Shown: positions 51,834 through 64,000 of the stretch, piece by piece | Position numbering within the stretch: the first letter of the stretch is position 1 | Layout of the letters: every line of letters starts with the position of its first letter | Source: Lama guanicoe | Taxonomy: Eukaryota | Assembly: GCA_013239625.1 (NCBI GenBank) | Contig: MU053304.1 | Location: 2,666,001-2,730,000 of the forward strand | Direction: 5' to 3' | DNA length: 64,000 nt | Notes under the pieces: model-generated | Seen by the model: the letters and a program-made list of their open reading frames with translations, nothing else | Databases searched by the model: none | What the model was told of the DNA's origin: nothing | Position numbers and translations under genes: made by a program

Positions 51834-52330
51834 CATATCTACCTCTACTTTTGTGGGATTATGTCCCAATAAACCCATAGTCAACTGAAAATATGATAAG
51901 TCCAAACTGCATTTAATACATCCAACCTAACAAATATCACAGCCTAGCCCACCTTAACTGTGCTCAGAACACTTAAACATCCACCTGTCGCTGGGCAAAA
52001 TCATCTAGCACAAAGCCCACTTTATAGTAAAGTGCTGAGTACCTCATGTAATTTGTTGAACAGTGCACTGAGAGTGAAAGCAGAATGGTTGTCTGGGTGC
52101 AGAATGATTGTAAAAGTATTAGTTGTTTCTCCTAATGATCATCTGTTGACTGAGAGCTGAGACTCACTGCCACTGCCCAGCATCATGAAGGACTATTGGA
52201 CCACATATCGCTGGCCCAGGAAAGATCAAAATTCAAAATTTGAAGTATTGTTTCTACTGAAGGTGTCTCACTTTTGCAATGTTGTAAAGTTGAAAAATCA
52301 TTCGAACCATCAAAAGTCAGGGACTGTCTG
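51834..52330 (+). mobile_element. MER47/Tigger5-family DNA transposon
   Basis: gtcccaataaacccatag...tgcatttaatacatccaaccta...gggcaaaatcatctagcacaaagcc...cgaaccatcaaaagtcagggactgtctg|ta. Confidence 0.9.
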
Positions 52331-52966
52331 TATGTGGATATAGGTCCCTATAAATCATTGACTGTGGATTTTGAAATTTTACTGGTGATAATTTAGTGGT
52401 TTGTGGTTACCGTCTGAAGTTAGACTTTAGTTCAAAGTCTAGTTCCACCACTTGTTAACCTCAGTCAGTTATACATCTTCTATAAGCCTTGGTTTGTCAG
52501 TAAATTACTAGTACTGAACATATAATACTGTGCTTAGGATTAAATTACATAATGGCTATAAACAACTAAGAAAGGCGCCAAGCACAATTGTTTTTTCAAT
52601 GTTGGGTATTAATATTGCTGTTTCATAAGATACGAGGTTAGTGGGGAAAGGAAAATTTATGCTGATGGTCTGCATCACTGCATCATTTATTGTAAATTGG
52701 TTAAAAGAAGAGAAATTGAAAAACATTGCTACCAAACGTTACTGTGTCTTCTGTACTAAGTATTCCATGTTCTATGATATAATTTAATAATCATGCTCAC
52801 TTACTGCTTTCTCTGCTGTGCAAGGAATACAAAACGTGTGTCACACTAAAGTTCAGCTTCTTTCCAGTGCTGTACTTTGCCGGTGGCACACCCACATAGC
52901 ATATGGCCAATGGAACATTCCCTTCTACATTCTGCACTTGAATCTTCCCTTCAGAGGGGTCCTCTT

Positions 52967-53241
52967 TTTTTCCAGTTTTATTAGAAATAATTGACATACA
53001 TCATTGTGTATGTTTAAGGTGTTCACCATGATGTTTTGACTAACATATATTGTGAACTGATTATAATAATACATTCAACTAACCTTCAACTTCTCATAGA
53101 GATTCGACAAAAAGAAAAGCAATAAAAAAAGAAAGAAAAAGGGAAAACAATGTCCTCCTTGTGATGAGAACTTTTAGGATTAACTTTATAACAGCTTTCC
53201 TCTATTTTACCCATCAGTGTTAGCTATAGTCATCAGGTTAA
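52967..53241 (-). mobile_element. 5'-truncated L1MA-like 3' end with TSD
   Basis: ttttattagaaataattgacatac...cttgtgatgagaacttttaggat; 9-bp TSD GGTCCTCTT at 52958-52966 and 53242-53250. Confidence 0.85.
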
Positions 53242-54209
53242 GGTCCTCTTGCTTTATTTAATATGTACTACAATTTTTCAACTACTGTTTAATATGGTAG
53301 AGAAAGAAGGGGCATTCGTCTGTAGACTTCGTTTGACTTTGCACTAATTCACAGGAGTAAACATCTATTGGATGTGTTTTAGCTGATACTATATAGTATG
53401 TTTAATAGAATTGTACTGCATTTGCTCATCCATTTGCAGCCCAACTTTTAAGTGAGCCCTTTAAATCGAAATAGTAGTGATCAGTAAGAAAATTTTTGGA
53501 GAGAAGGAGAGGTGACAGCTACCAGTCATAAACAAGAGAAACTTTATTCCTTTTATGAAACTGGTTTACCTGATTATACTCATCAAAGTCAGTTCCTGCA
53601 TAGATACTGGCTTTGTAGCCAGCATTTACATAACCACTTCTGGAAGAACAGGCAAGCACCACGTTTACATGTGGACCAGTTCAGCTGTGTGCATCTGGAA
53701 GAGGTATTTCTGCTTTAACACTTAGAAGAGATTCCCTAACTTTGGCCTTTGAACAGGAAGACACTGCTAAATGAGGTAAACCAGAACGATATCTCACTGT
53801 GAAATATATACAGTATAACCGGTATGCTTTTTACAGTATATTTGCTACGATAAATAGTAAGGCTATATACTCTTTACATGACCAATCCCTCTTCACCAAA
53901 TAATTGCCACTATGTTTTAGATACCAGCGGTTGTACGTAAACCCTTACACCAGACTCTGATTTTTAATCTTCCTATTTGTCTTTGTGGGGCTGGTTGACC
54001 TCTGAAATACTGAAGATACTGGATAGGTAAACCAGCTTTGTCTCCATTTACTTGTCTTTTCTGATGCATGGATCTCCTTAACGTCACTGCTGTTTTTCAT
54101 CTATTTTGTCTTGATCATTTTGCATATCTATACTCTTAAAACCCTGTTGGATGGGAAGCATTTCTGCCTGACTATTCAGAAGCACTTAAGCTCTTTATTT
54201 TAAAGGCTT

Positions 54210-54289
54210 TATTGGTTAAACATATGAAATTGCCAGTATTAACCACTTTTGGCCCCCAAAATGATAATTTCATATAATTCTACCTGATA
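54210..54289. mobile_element. MADE2 mariner MITE (~80 bp)
   Basis: ggttaaacatatgaaattgcc...ataatttcatataattctacc inverted arms. Confidence 0.85.
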
Positions 54290-54719
54290 GTTTTACTACC
54301 TAATATTTTATCTAACATGTTTTACTCATTTTACACTCTCTACTTTTGAAATTACCTTCTTACCTGCTTTTCAGGTGTAGGGGCAGGTGTTACTTTTCTA
54401 AGACACTCTATGTGATTATGTTACCAATGATCGTTTGAAATGTACATTCTCCCTTGTGGTTATCACCGTGCTGACTAAATGGCCAGTGTAGTCACCGCGA
54501 CTGGACTGGCTTCACAGAGTAATCCCACCCTGTTCTTCACGTGTTTTGTTCCATACTGACCCTCAGATATCAGTGATTCTCTGATTTCTGTCCTTTTCAT
54601 TGTCTCACATCTTCATTATTATTACTATTGCAGAAATTTACCTAGTCCTTCCTGTGTGTCAGTGCTTTTCATTGTTTTGCATATATCAGCTAATTTAAAC
54701 AAATCAAGTTATCACCTCA

Positions 54720-56200
54720 GCTAGATGGAGGGATGGGTGAAAGATGTGAAAAATGACTCCAAAGTTCAATAAATAAATTTACATCCAGACACATAATAGT
54801 GAAACGCCAAACATAACCATTCAAAGAAAATTTCAAAAGCAACCGGATCCAAAATGCGTTACCTATAAAGGATCAGGAATTGTATTAGTAGTTGACTTTT
54901 CAAATGCAATAAATTAAAACACAAGATATAGACAAATAGTATCAAAATGTTGAGGGGTGAATAACTGTCAATCTAGAATTCTGTAACTAACTGAAGCACT
55001 ATTGAACGGTGAAAACAAAGACATTTTCAAACAAAGGTTAAGAGTGTAGGAGAAAATCACAAGTAAAAGATTCTAACATTCTTAAACTTTTCAGCAGATG
55101 AAAAATGTTTTTTATTGACTATGCTATTTAATTGTAGTTACTGACAGAATAGGGAATACATGTGTAATTTCCAAAGCAGTTGAGAAGGAAAAAGAGAATA
55201 TATTAAACTTAATCAACTTAATAGAACACAGGGAAGGACAAAAAGAGTAATTAAATGGCATTAAGAATAAAATGAACAAAAAAGCAAACTGAAGAAATAA
55301 ATTGAACTACAAATGATTATGCTAATGGATTAAATTTTCATATTAAAATACTAAAATTATAAGAAAAATAAACACAGTTATAGAATGAAAGAAGTTTGAG
55401 AAAAAGGAATGGAAAAAGATATACCAGATGAATACCAGCTAAAGAAAGCTGTCTAAAAAAATAAAAGACTCTATTTGTAAAAGCATTGTTAGGGAAAGTT
55501 TATTATAGAAAGGACCATTTCCCCGTGTAGATTTTACAGTCCTGAACTGACACAGGTTCATGAACAAAGCCTCAACATTACATAGACATAAAATATAAGA
55601 AAAAATAATTTTTAAAATATCTCATTGTTAACATGGATATAGCATATCTCCTCAAAACTGCTACAATTTGGGGGCAGAGGGTGTGAAGGGATAGACTGGG
55701 ATTTCAAAATTGTAGAATAGATAAACAAGATTATACTGTATAGCACAGGGAAATATACACAAGATCTTATGGTAGCTCACGGAGAAAACAATGTGACAAT
55801 GAATATATATATGCTCATGTATAACATATAACTGAAGTGCTCTACACTGGAATTTGATACAACATTGTAAAATGATTATAAATCAATAAAAAAAGTTAAG
55901 AAAAAAGAAAGTTTAAAAAAAAGAAAGTTAAAAAACTGATACAATTTAATGATTAAATTAAGAGACAAATTAATAAGCATATAGATTTTAACTTTGTAAT
56001 TAAAAGGCATGGTATATGCCCTAAAACCAGTGAATTCTGTTCAAGAACACATGGAAAATTCCCAGATTTCTGTGAAATAAAATTCAAAAGATCAGTATCA
56101 TAGGAAAGATATTTTTTGACAAGGCAATAAAATTAGATACCAATATATGTAAGAATATTTTTAAATGATTTTTAGAAATATTATCAATTTTAAGTAAGTT
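54720..56200 (+). mobile_element. Old L1ME ORF1/ORF2 remnant
   Basis: tacatccagacacataatagtgaaac; aataactgtcaatctagaattctgta; ggaaaaagatataccagatgaatac. Confidence 0.75.
55670..55931 (+). mobile_element. Young 5'-truncated camelid L1 with TSD, nested in the old L1
   Basis: Same 3' UTR as the 10240 copy; 16-bp TSD AAAACTG(C/A)TACAATTT at 55654-55669 and 55932-55947. Confidence 0.95.
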
Positions 56201-56229
56201 CTGTATCCATTCTACACTCATCTTCAAGA

Positions 56230-56640
56230 CAGAACCAGAATCTGGCCTTTTCATTTCCCTCTCTGCCCACACACACACACACACACGCACACACACACTG
56301 TCAACTCTAGCCTAGAATATTGCTAAAAAGTTATGTATAACAGATCTTTCTGTTTTCACTCTTGGCTGCCTGCAGTCTGCCCTCAACACAGCAGTCAGGG
56401 ATTTTTTAAACAAACAGGTCACATCCCATCACTCCTCTGTTCAATGCCCTTCAATGTCCCCACTATCTCTCAGAATAAAAGTTTCAGAGCCTACAAAGCA
56501 TCCCATGATTACCTGGGCAGCTTGCCATTACCGCTCATCTTATTTCTCCTTCTCTCCTCCTCCATCACTTTGCTGTAGCCTCACTGACCTTCGTGGTGTT
56601 CTTAGAGCATAGCAGGTACTCTTCTGCTGGTAGAAACTCC
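56230..56640 (+). mobile_element. L2 fragment with an interrupted (CA)n
   Basis: ccctcaacacagcagtcagggattttttaaa...ctcagaataaaagt...agcctcactgacctt. Confidence 0.8.
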
Positions 56641-57639
56641 TAAATTCCCCTTTCCTTTGTCTAGATTTCATGACTCATGCTGGTTGCCGGGGTACAGAGA
56701 TGAATGTGGCATCATTATTGATCTCACAAAGCTTATACATAATTAAAAGAGATAGACCAGTAACACAGGAATGGAAAATCATATTATAAACCATTATACA
56801 AAAAGCCCTCTACAAAGATAACAAACTCGTTTGATATGCAATAAACCAGCCTTAGGGCTAGTCTGTGACAGCGGGTCCAAGCTTTGAGCTCCATGGAATC
56901 CAGCCCACATGTATGAGAACTGAAGCCCTGGCTCTGTGCTCCATGGAAGTGGGTTCATGAAACTCAGCCCTCTGACACCTTCACTTATTCAGAGCAGAGG
57001 TGACACACTAGGAAGAATTTTTTTTTAACTTCTGAACTAATTATATAGGGGTTACAGGTTTCATGCACTGAAGTTCATGTTTTTTACTCATAATAATTAC
57101 CTTAAAACCCTCCAGTCAGAAAGTATTCATTTTTATAGTGTAAATCTCACAGTCTATCTTAGAGTAGTTAGACAGCTCGTATCCAGTCAGAATAATGAAT
57201 GTGGGCACAGCCTACATGTCAAACTGGAATTTAAGGATGAAATTGATAAGGGCCACTCTATGGACCCATTGATTTCCTGTGATTTAAGCCCAGGGGTGTG
57301 GGTGGGGTTGTGACCTCTATCATCAGAAAAACCTATGTCTGAACCGAAATAGAACCACCAGGTGTTAAGGGAGGTAGATCTGAGGAGTGTGGCTTTGGCT
57401 GGTGGGGAACATAACCCCTATAAGGTGCTAATTTTTATTACATTATTTAGAGGACTTACAGTCTGACCACTGATATTTCACTTGCTGCTTTTACTGGTGC
57501 CTCGAACGTTTTTCATCATGGTCGTACCAACAATGATGTTAAGGAAACACTGTTCTAAGAGACATCTCCCTCCTTCGTCCCACTCTTCCCACAACTGCTT
57601 CATTTGAAGGGTCAGCTGTGCCGTGTTCTTGATTTTTGT

Positions 57640-57790
57640 CTTTGGGGAGTCACTTGTTTTCCCTCCCAAATGTCCTCATATGTGAAACAGAAATAATAAT
57701 ATTTGCCTTGCAGGGTTATGTTGCGTATTAGAGATCATACATGTAAAACACCCATCGGGCACATAGAGTGAGTAAATGAATGAAATAAAT
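57640..57790 (+). mobile_element. MIR SINE
   Basis: cctcatatgtgaaacagaaataataatatttgccttgcagggttatgttgcgtattagaga. Confidence 0.75.
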
Positions 57791-60094
57791 TTCATTGGGA
57801 TGGTAAAGTCTTTAAGCATGAGCTATCATCTAATGGAAGATACTAAATGCAATAAACTTGTCAACTATTAAATTCTTTCACCATAAAAATAGCTGGAATA
57901 TATACCATTGCATATTTAACTTAGATGTTAAAGTTATCAAAGATCTTCAAGTAAAGGAATCAATCTTTGTCTTCAATTCATTTAATACGCAATATTTCAA
58001 AAAATGGGCAATATCTTGACTTTGTCAACACCTTCACATCTAAATTGGAACATTTCTAGCATAACAAATTTTTTTTCACATGCACAAATTGAGGCAAACA
58101 AAGATCAGCATTTGTTGTAGCTTTTCTAACTTTAAAGTCAGCACACTTGGCCTAATTTGTTTCATTATCTCAATGCTATTGACTGCCATACATATCAAAG
58201 GCCTTAATTACGGAGAGGAAAGACATGATTCACAGTTAATAAGAAAGGAAGTCCTTGGAGTCTCAAAAGCAACCTGCTTTCCTGAGCAAGGATATGGTCT
58301 GATTGAGGAACATTGTCCTGTAATTATGGTATCTTTTTAGGCATGATTGTAACTGTAAGAGATTTGCCCTTTGACCACAATCTGCTTTTTGTTCATGAGA
58401 TAAATTGTCTCTTGTTCAGCAGCTAGCACATCTTTGTGCTTTGTCTAGATTTGCCAGCTGACCAAGAACTCAACAAAATTTGCAATTGTTTCTATTTTAT
58501 GTAAGTAGACATTGAGAAAGGGTGAATATTTCTTTGAGTTATTTTGGAAATCATACCGACTGAAAAGCTTTGAGGACTATTAGCTGTCTATTCATGTGGC
58601 ACAAAAGGAACGAGATTTCATTTTGAAATGAAATGTATTTTAGGTTGGGGACCCATTAAAAATATTAGTAATGGCAAGTTAGAATCAAATGATCAGTTTT
58701 CTATTTCTGGGTCATTCTTACTTGAATATCAAGATTGACAGCCAATCACTTATTACCTCAATTTGTAAAATTTAGACAAATTTCTAGGTGCAGAATGTCT
58801 ATTATAATAAAATTTCCAACTAGTCATGCACATTTTTTCCCTTAATGAGATGGAACTCCAAACTCATGCCATAGACGTTCTCTAGGAGATGGCTTGTAAC
58901 AGTGTTGACATAGCAGGTGTGCTATGTTCCCACAAAAGTCTTCCCCCAAAACCTCAAGTCATTTCTTAAACCACACTTAGTTTTGTCATGTAGGTTAACT
59001 AAAATTGCAAGCCCTCTCCCAGGATCTCACATTTCTCCTTTATGCTTTCTAAGTACAATCAGCAACAAATTATAAGGCAATTATCTCACTAAAGGAATTA
59101 TTTCACTACAGAAAAATATGATGCTTGGAATAATCACCATTGTATTTTTAACACAGCTTTCCCCACCACTCTGCACCACACGGGCACACGTGCACACACA
59201 TGCACACATACCTCTGAATCTGCAGCACCTTGGAGACAGAGGGATGTTGAAGTCACTTTTATTTAGGTCAGTTCTTCTCCCCGTGGTAATTAGCTTTCAG
59301 TATCCTGGCAGACTCAGGTATATTTTAGGATTTCAATTCTGTGTAACCATCTGGGTTATATATAGATTTTTCCCTACAAATTTCTAATTTCTCTTCCTCA
59401 TCACCAATGTAAAAAATTCCTCCTTCAGGACTGAAAGGCTATTTATTAGATATCATTCAGAGTTGAACATTCAAATATTTTCCAAGAAGATTACAGAAAA
59501 AAATTTGTTTCAAATATGATGGAATTACTATTTTATTTTATGTTATTTTTATTAGTTTCAGATGTGCAATATAATGATTTGATATTTCTATACATTGCAA
59601 GGTGTATACTAGTTAATATCACTAACACCTGGAATTAACATTTTAATTATTATAGAATGTCTGAAAATCAGTAAGTATTTTCATATTAAAATTCAAAATT
59701 TATACCTAATATATACTAATTTTATTTATTTAAACAATACATTAAAATGGATGTTTATTTTTAAACAGCTCAATAGCAATGTCTATGTATATCTCTTTAT
59801 GAGTCAACAAATTGGTAATCATTTTATTGGTTTTCTTTGTTTTTAGCTAATATGAGAGCATTTTCTTTTTAATAAGAACATTTGTTTTATTCACATTAAT
59901 TGTAACTGATGTCATTGTTGTAACTTTTTTACACATTTGCCTCTTTCCACTGATTTATAGCTACATTTATTAACACTGTTTTAGCACTTTCTATATTTTC
60001 ACCATATTGACATACCAGAATAATTTTATGCAGAAATTATTTAATAACTCACGATGATTTACATGAAAAAACTCAAGATTTTCATGTTGTTTTC

Positions 60095-60595
60095 TTACAA
60101 TTCAGCACTTATCCTGTTATTCTCTTGCTTAAAGCATCCCAAAGGCTTCCCAGCAAAGAAAGAATAAAACTGGATCCCTTGCTCTGACTTACAGAGCCCG
60201 GCATTGTCTCTCCAGCCAACTTCTCTCACCTCGTCTTCTGCACACTCCCTACTCTGCTCCAGCCAACTGACCTCCTCCTCTCTGTATGTTAATCTCACCA
60301 AGAAATTTAAGAATCTCAGTTTAGAAACCATATCCTCAGACAGTGTTCCTGACCACAAAATCTGGGCCACCAAAAGTGGCCTGCCAGGATGTGCCTCCAT
60401 CACATCAACCTATTTTTTTTCTCTGCATTGCCTTTCTTCATTGCCACTATCCTCATGTCGGTGTCTCTTTGACCTTACATGGTATTAGTCTCTCCAATAC
60501 AAGAGCTTGTCTATCTTATTCATCCGTTTATTTTCGTATCTTTCTATGTAGTCATTCAGTAATATTTGTGGAATGAATAAGTAAATAAGTAAGTA
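60095..60595 (+). mobile_element. L2a 3' region
   Basis: ctcttgcttaaagcatcccaaaggcttccc...cactccctactctgctccagcca...cattcagtaatatttgtggaatgaataa. Confidence 0.85.
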
Positions 60596-61838
60596 TTCAT
60601 AAGGTAGATTCAAGATATTGTCATCCAAGCTGATTGAAATGCTTGGTCGACTGTCCTAAGTTGCTGCTGGCTTCTAAACAGGCCTGGAAAGATTTCAGGT
60701 CTGTTTTGAAAAGATTATGGTTACAGTAAATCCACTTTCATTTGGCTAAGTTCATTGATGAATCGATGAACATACAAAATATATAACCAATCCCTATTCA
60801 GTACTATGCATTACACTGAAACGAGAAACCAATAGACAATTAGTCCTGAAAGTCTATCAGGGAAGATTTCAAGGACACCCATGGCCCCCATACATGTAGC
60901 AACCACAAGTTGCCATTGCCGTGGACTCTGGGTCTTAATGGGCATTTTTGCCCTTAGTTTAGGAATAAATTGGGCCCAAAATGTGGAAATACGCATTAGT
61001 ACATTCCATGTTCATGTTTGTTTCCATTAATGGCACATTTTATTTTTCTCAAAATCTCCTGAGACTCCATTAAAAATCACTTGGTTCTACTATTCATCTA
61101 ACAAACTGCTGCCTTGCCAGTTATTCAGTTAAAAATCCAAAATGTTTTAGGATGATAGCACTAGTGGGAAAGGGCTTATGTTTCCCAAATAGTATAAATA
61201 TGCCATCAACCTTGATGGAACATAAAGCATGGCCACCCCCGGGAGTTAGCTCGTTTACATGCAGTGTGAGCTAGAAGTTTTCACTTAGCAAGCAGGACTT
61301 TTCATGCACTGGGGAAATATGGTTGCTATACACTCTGTTTATTCTTAATGATCGTGTACCTAGTTGGTTAACACAATTCTCCTTTTCTTGTCAGCATTAA
61401 ATGTGGGAAAAGAGGACATAAAGTGTAAACCTTTCAGATTTCTGCTCATAAACAACTAAATGCATCTACATGTCTACCTTCATTTCTTCTATGTCTAACA
61501 GAAGCAAATACAAGCTTAAGCTTATCCCCTACTGTGCTCTCAGGAATGTTACGCTAATGAGTATCACTTCTCTCTGTAGCACAGACAACCTCTCAAATGG
61601 ATACTTTACATTGGTTATTAGACATTGTAATAATTTCCCATAAAATAACTCTTCTTAGATCCCAAACACCCACCACTTTTTACTCATTAACAACACAACT
61701 TTTCAAAGTTTTCCATGTCTCACCTCCTACTTCACTTTGCATCTACTGTACTATTACGTACACCTCTAGTGTTCTTCCAGCCTACTGTCTCCAGGATCAT
61801 CATTATATTACACATCCTGTGGATAAATCCTTACCTTT

Positions 61839-62344
61839 TGTGGTAGGAAGAATAATGACCCCCAGAGGTGTCCGCATTCTCATTCCCATAACCTGTGAAT
61901 ATGTTATGTTACGTGACAAAAGGGAGTTAAGAAAACAGAAGGATCTAAGATTGCTGGTAAGATGACGTTAAAGTAGAAAGATTATCCAGGAGAGCTGAAT
62001 GTAATTACAAGGGTCCTTAAAAGTGAAAAATGGAGGCAGAAGAGAGAGAATTAGAGAAACAAATGGCAGTATTAAAAAGACTTGGATTGATGTTGCTGGC
62101 TTTGAAGACTGGGGAAGGGGTCTGGAGCCAAGAAATGCAGCCAATCTCTAGAAGTTGGTAAAGGCAAGAGAAGAGACCCTAGCTAGAGCCTCCAGAAAGG
62201 AATGAAACCCTACTGATGCCTTGATTGTAACACAGTGAAATCTGTGCCAGATTTAGTGACAGAACTGTAAGACAATACATTTGTGTTCTTTTAAAACACC
62301 TGGCTTATGGGAATTTGTTACAGCAGCAGGAGGAAACTAATACA
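61839..62344 (+). mobile_element. MaLR solo LTR, MLT1D-like
   Basis: tgtggtaggaagaataatgacccc...aatgtaattacaagggtccttaaaagtg...gttacagcagcaggaggaaactaataca. Confidence 0.92.
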
Positions 62345-62882
62345 AGTTCCTTGATCTGACTCTCCCCTGGTTTCCCTCCCACCTCTCAGGCTGTCCCAGA
62401 TTTGCATGCTCATCCTCTTCTCCTGAGCCTTTAAATCCTCATGCCCATCCTAGATGCCCTTTCTACTTACTCTGTATTATCCCCATCCAGGGTTCTAATC
62501 ACCACCTCTACACAGATAACTCATTTATATTCCAACCTCATATTTCATATTGAGTTGCAGGTCTATAAATACAACTGCCTGTCTGATAGCTCTTCTTAGA
62601 TGAATTATAGTCACTTCAGAATAAATGTGACCGAAACCATGACCTTTCCCCCCAAACTAGATCCTCTCCCAGCATGTTTTATCACAGTAATGAAACCATT
62701 ATCCCCCCACAAGCCATCCTAGGTGCATGCAAGCCTTATAGTTAGGGGTCATCTTTGACACCTCTCCCTCTCTGTCATCTCCTATATGAAACCCACCACT
62801 GTCTCTTACCCATTTTACTTACTGAACATTACTGAAATCCATCCTTCCCACTTCTTTACATGTTTCCTGCCATCATTCTGGC

Positions 62883-63165
62883 TGTATTAGTTTTCTATTG
62901 CTGTGTAATAAGCCAGCACAAATTTAGCACCTTAAAACAACACCGATTTATTAGGTCACACTGCAGGTCAGAAGCCTACAGAGTGTGGCTAGGTTCTCCG
63001 CTCAGGAGGAAATCAAGACATCAGCTGGCTCCATTGTCGTCTAGGGCTCAGGGTCCCCTGACAGAATCATTCATTTTATTGGTAGAATTTATCTCCCTGC
63101 AGTTACAGCACCACAGTCCCAATTCCTTGCTGGCTATCATCTGGGGAATGCTCTCAGGGGCTTGT
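62883..63165 (-). mobile_element. MaLR LTR (MLT1-type) fragment
   Basis: tgtattagttttctattgctgtgtaa...cacaaatttagcaccttaaaacaacac...ttggtagaatttatctccctgcagtt. Confidence 0.85.
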
Positions 63166-64000
63166 ATTTTAATGAATTTTTTATTTTTAAATTTAACATT
63201 TTTGGTAATTTATTTTATTTTTTTAATCAAACTACTAGACCTTGAACAATTGAAAAGCAAAGAACAAACAAAAAAACAAAAAAACAAAAAAAAAACCCAA
63301 ACTGGTTTTTTACCACTGAAAAGTGAGATGCTGGACCAGTGGGCCCTGCACACCCTGGCCACTACTCCTCCAGCTTCATTTCATTATCATATAGCTGCTC
63401 ACTTGCTAAGTGCTCATTTCAGTGGACTTCTCGTAGTTCCCTCTGTGTTCCATATTTCTTGTGTCATATTTACTGCCCTCACTAGTTTGCAATCTCCCCT
63501 TTATATTCTCTCATTACAGCAGGGACTTTCAATATGTACCTACCACAATCTCAATAGTAATAAATATGTAAATATTAATTTTGGTAGATGTCTGCTTCTC
63601 TCCTAAATTGTAAGCTCTGTGATATCAGAGGGCATATCTTCCAGCTAACGGGCATTATTTGCAGCTCTCTGCATAGTGTCTGATACATAATAGGTGCTCA
63701 AGAAATGCGTATGGAATGAGGGAACAAATCAATCAATGAATATGAGCCATACCATGCAAATCAAATAACACCTCAACCAATTATTATGTTTCATCTTATT
63801 CACCATAGTTAAGTCTACTAAGCTTCATTTTTATTATTAACAAAATTAGAATACTCTTTCTAGTCTCACAAGATTGAAAGGGAATTAAAGCATGTACAAA
63901 TGTTTTGTTTCAAAGTGTAAGATGCTTCTAAAATGCAGCTGATGAGTTGGTAGGAATTATTTCTCATGTAACACTGGTAGAAGGATGAAATGTATAATGT

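Larger units (their letters stand above)
61420..63740 (+). mobile_element. Long L2 remnant interrupted by two MaLR LTRs
   Basis: ggagtcatc-like ggggtcatctttgacacctctccctc; 3' end aattgtaagctctgtga...ataataggtgctcaagaaatgcgtatggaatga. Confidence 0.8.

Noticed and set aside
54482..54510. Hairpin gccagt-gt-agtc-accgc-gact-gg-actggc
   Set aside because: Short interrupted stem expected by chance; no RNA-family features
62860..63606. Longest ORF (248 aa)
   Set aside because: Runs across L2, a reversed MLT1 LTR and T-rich and A-rich low-complexity tracts; no recognisable domain
1..64000. CRISPR array, operon or prokaryote-type defence system
   Set aside because: Mammalian repeat-rich DNA with no regularly spaced repeat-spacer array and no gene-dense ORFs

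Overview
AT-rich, CpG-poor mammalian non-coding DNA, either intergenic or deep inside an intron. It is almost certainly from a camelid (camel, llama or alpaca): there is a Vic-1-type tRNA-derived SINE at ~36.3 kb and several young L1 3' ends of camelid type. A large fraction is interspersed repeat: old L1M and L2, MIR, MaLR/ERVL/ERV1 solo LTRs, and MER2, MER5, MER47, MER53 and MADE2 DNA elements. I found no credible protein-coding gene, RNA gene or CRISPR array. The listed ORFs are chance frames, low-complexity frames or decayed L1 ORF2. I cannot support a new biological system here. The most solid observations are structural: an L1 with a short 3' transduction whose 5' part is tandemly duplicated (34.8-35.8 kb); an internal L1 reverse-transcriptase fragment with no 3' end inside a MER5 (33.8-34.4 kb); a 103-bp microhomology tandem duplication (47.7-47.9 kb); an exact 21-bp direct repeat 1.76 kb apart; and candidate enhancers (five CAGCTG E-boxes in 182 bp; ten HMG-box motifs in ~640 bp). 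Repeat family names come from my recall of consensus sequences, not from a RepeatMasker/Dfam run, and boundaries of old elements are approximate.
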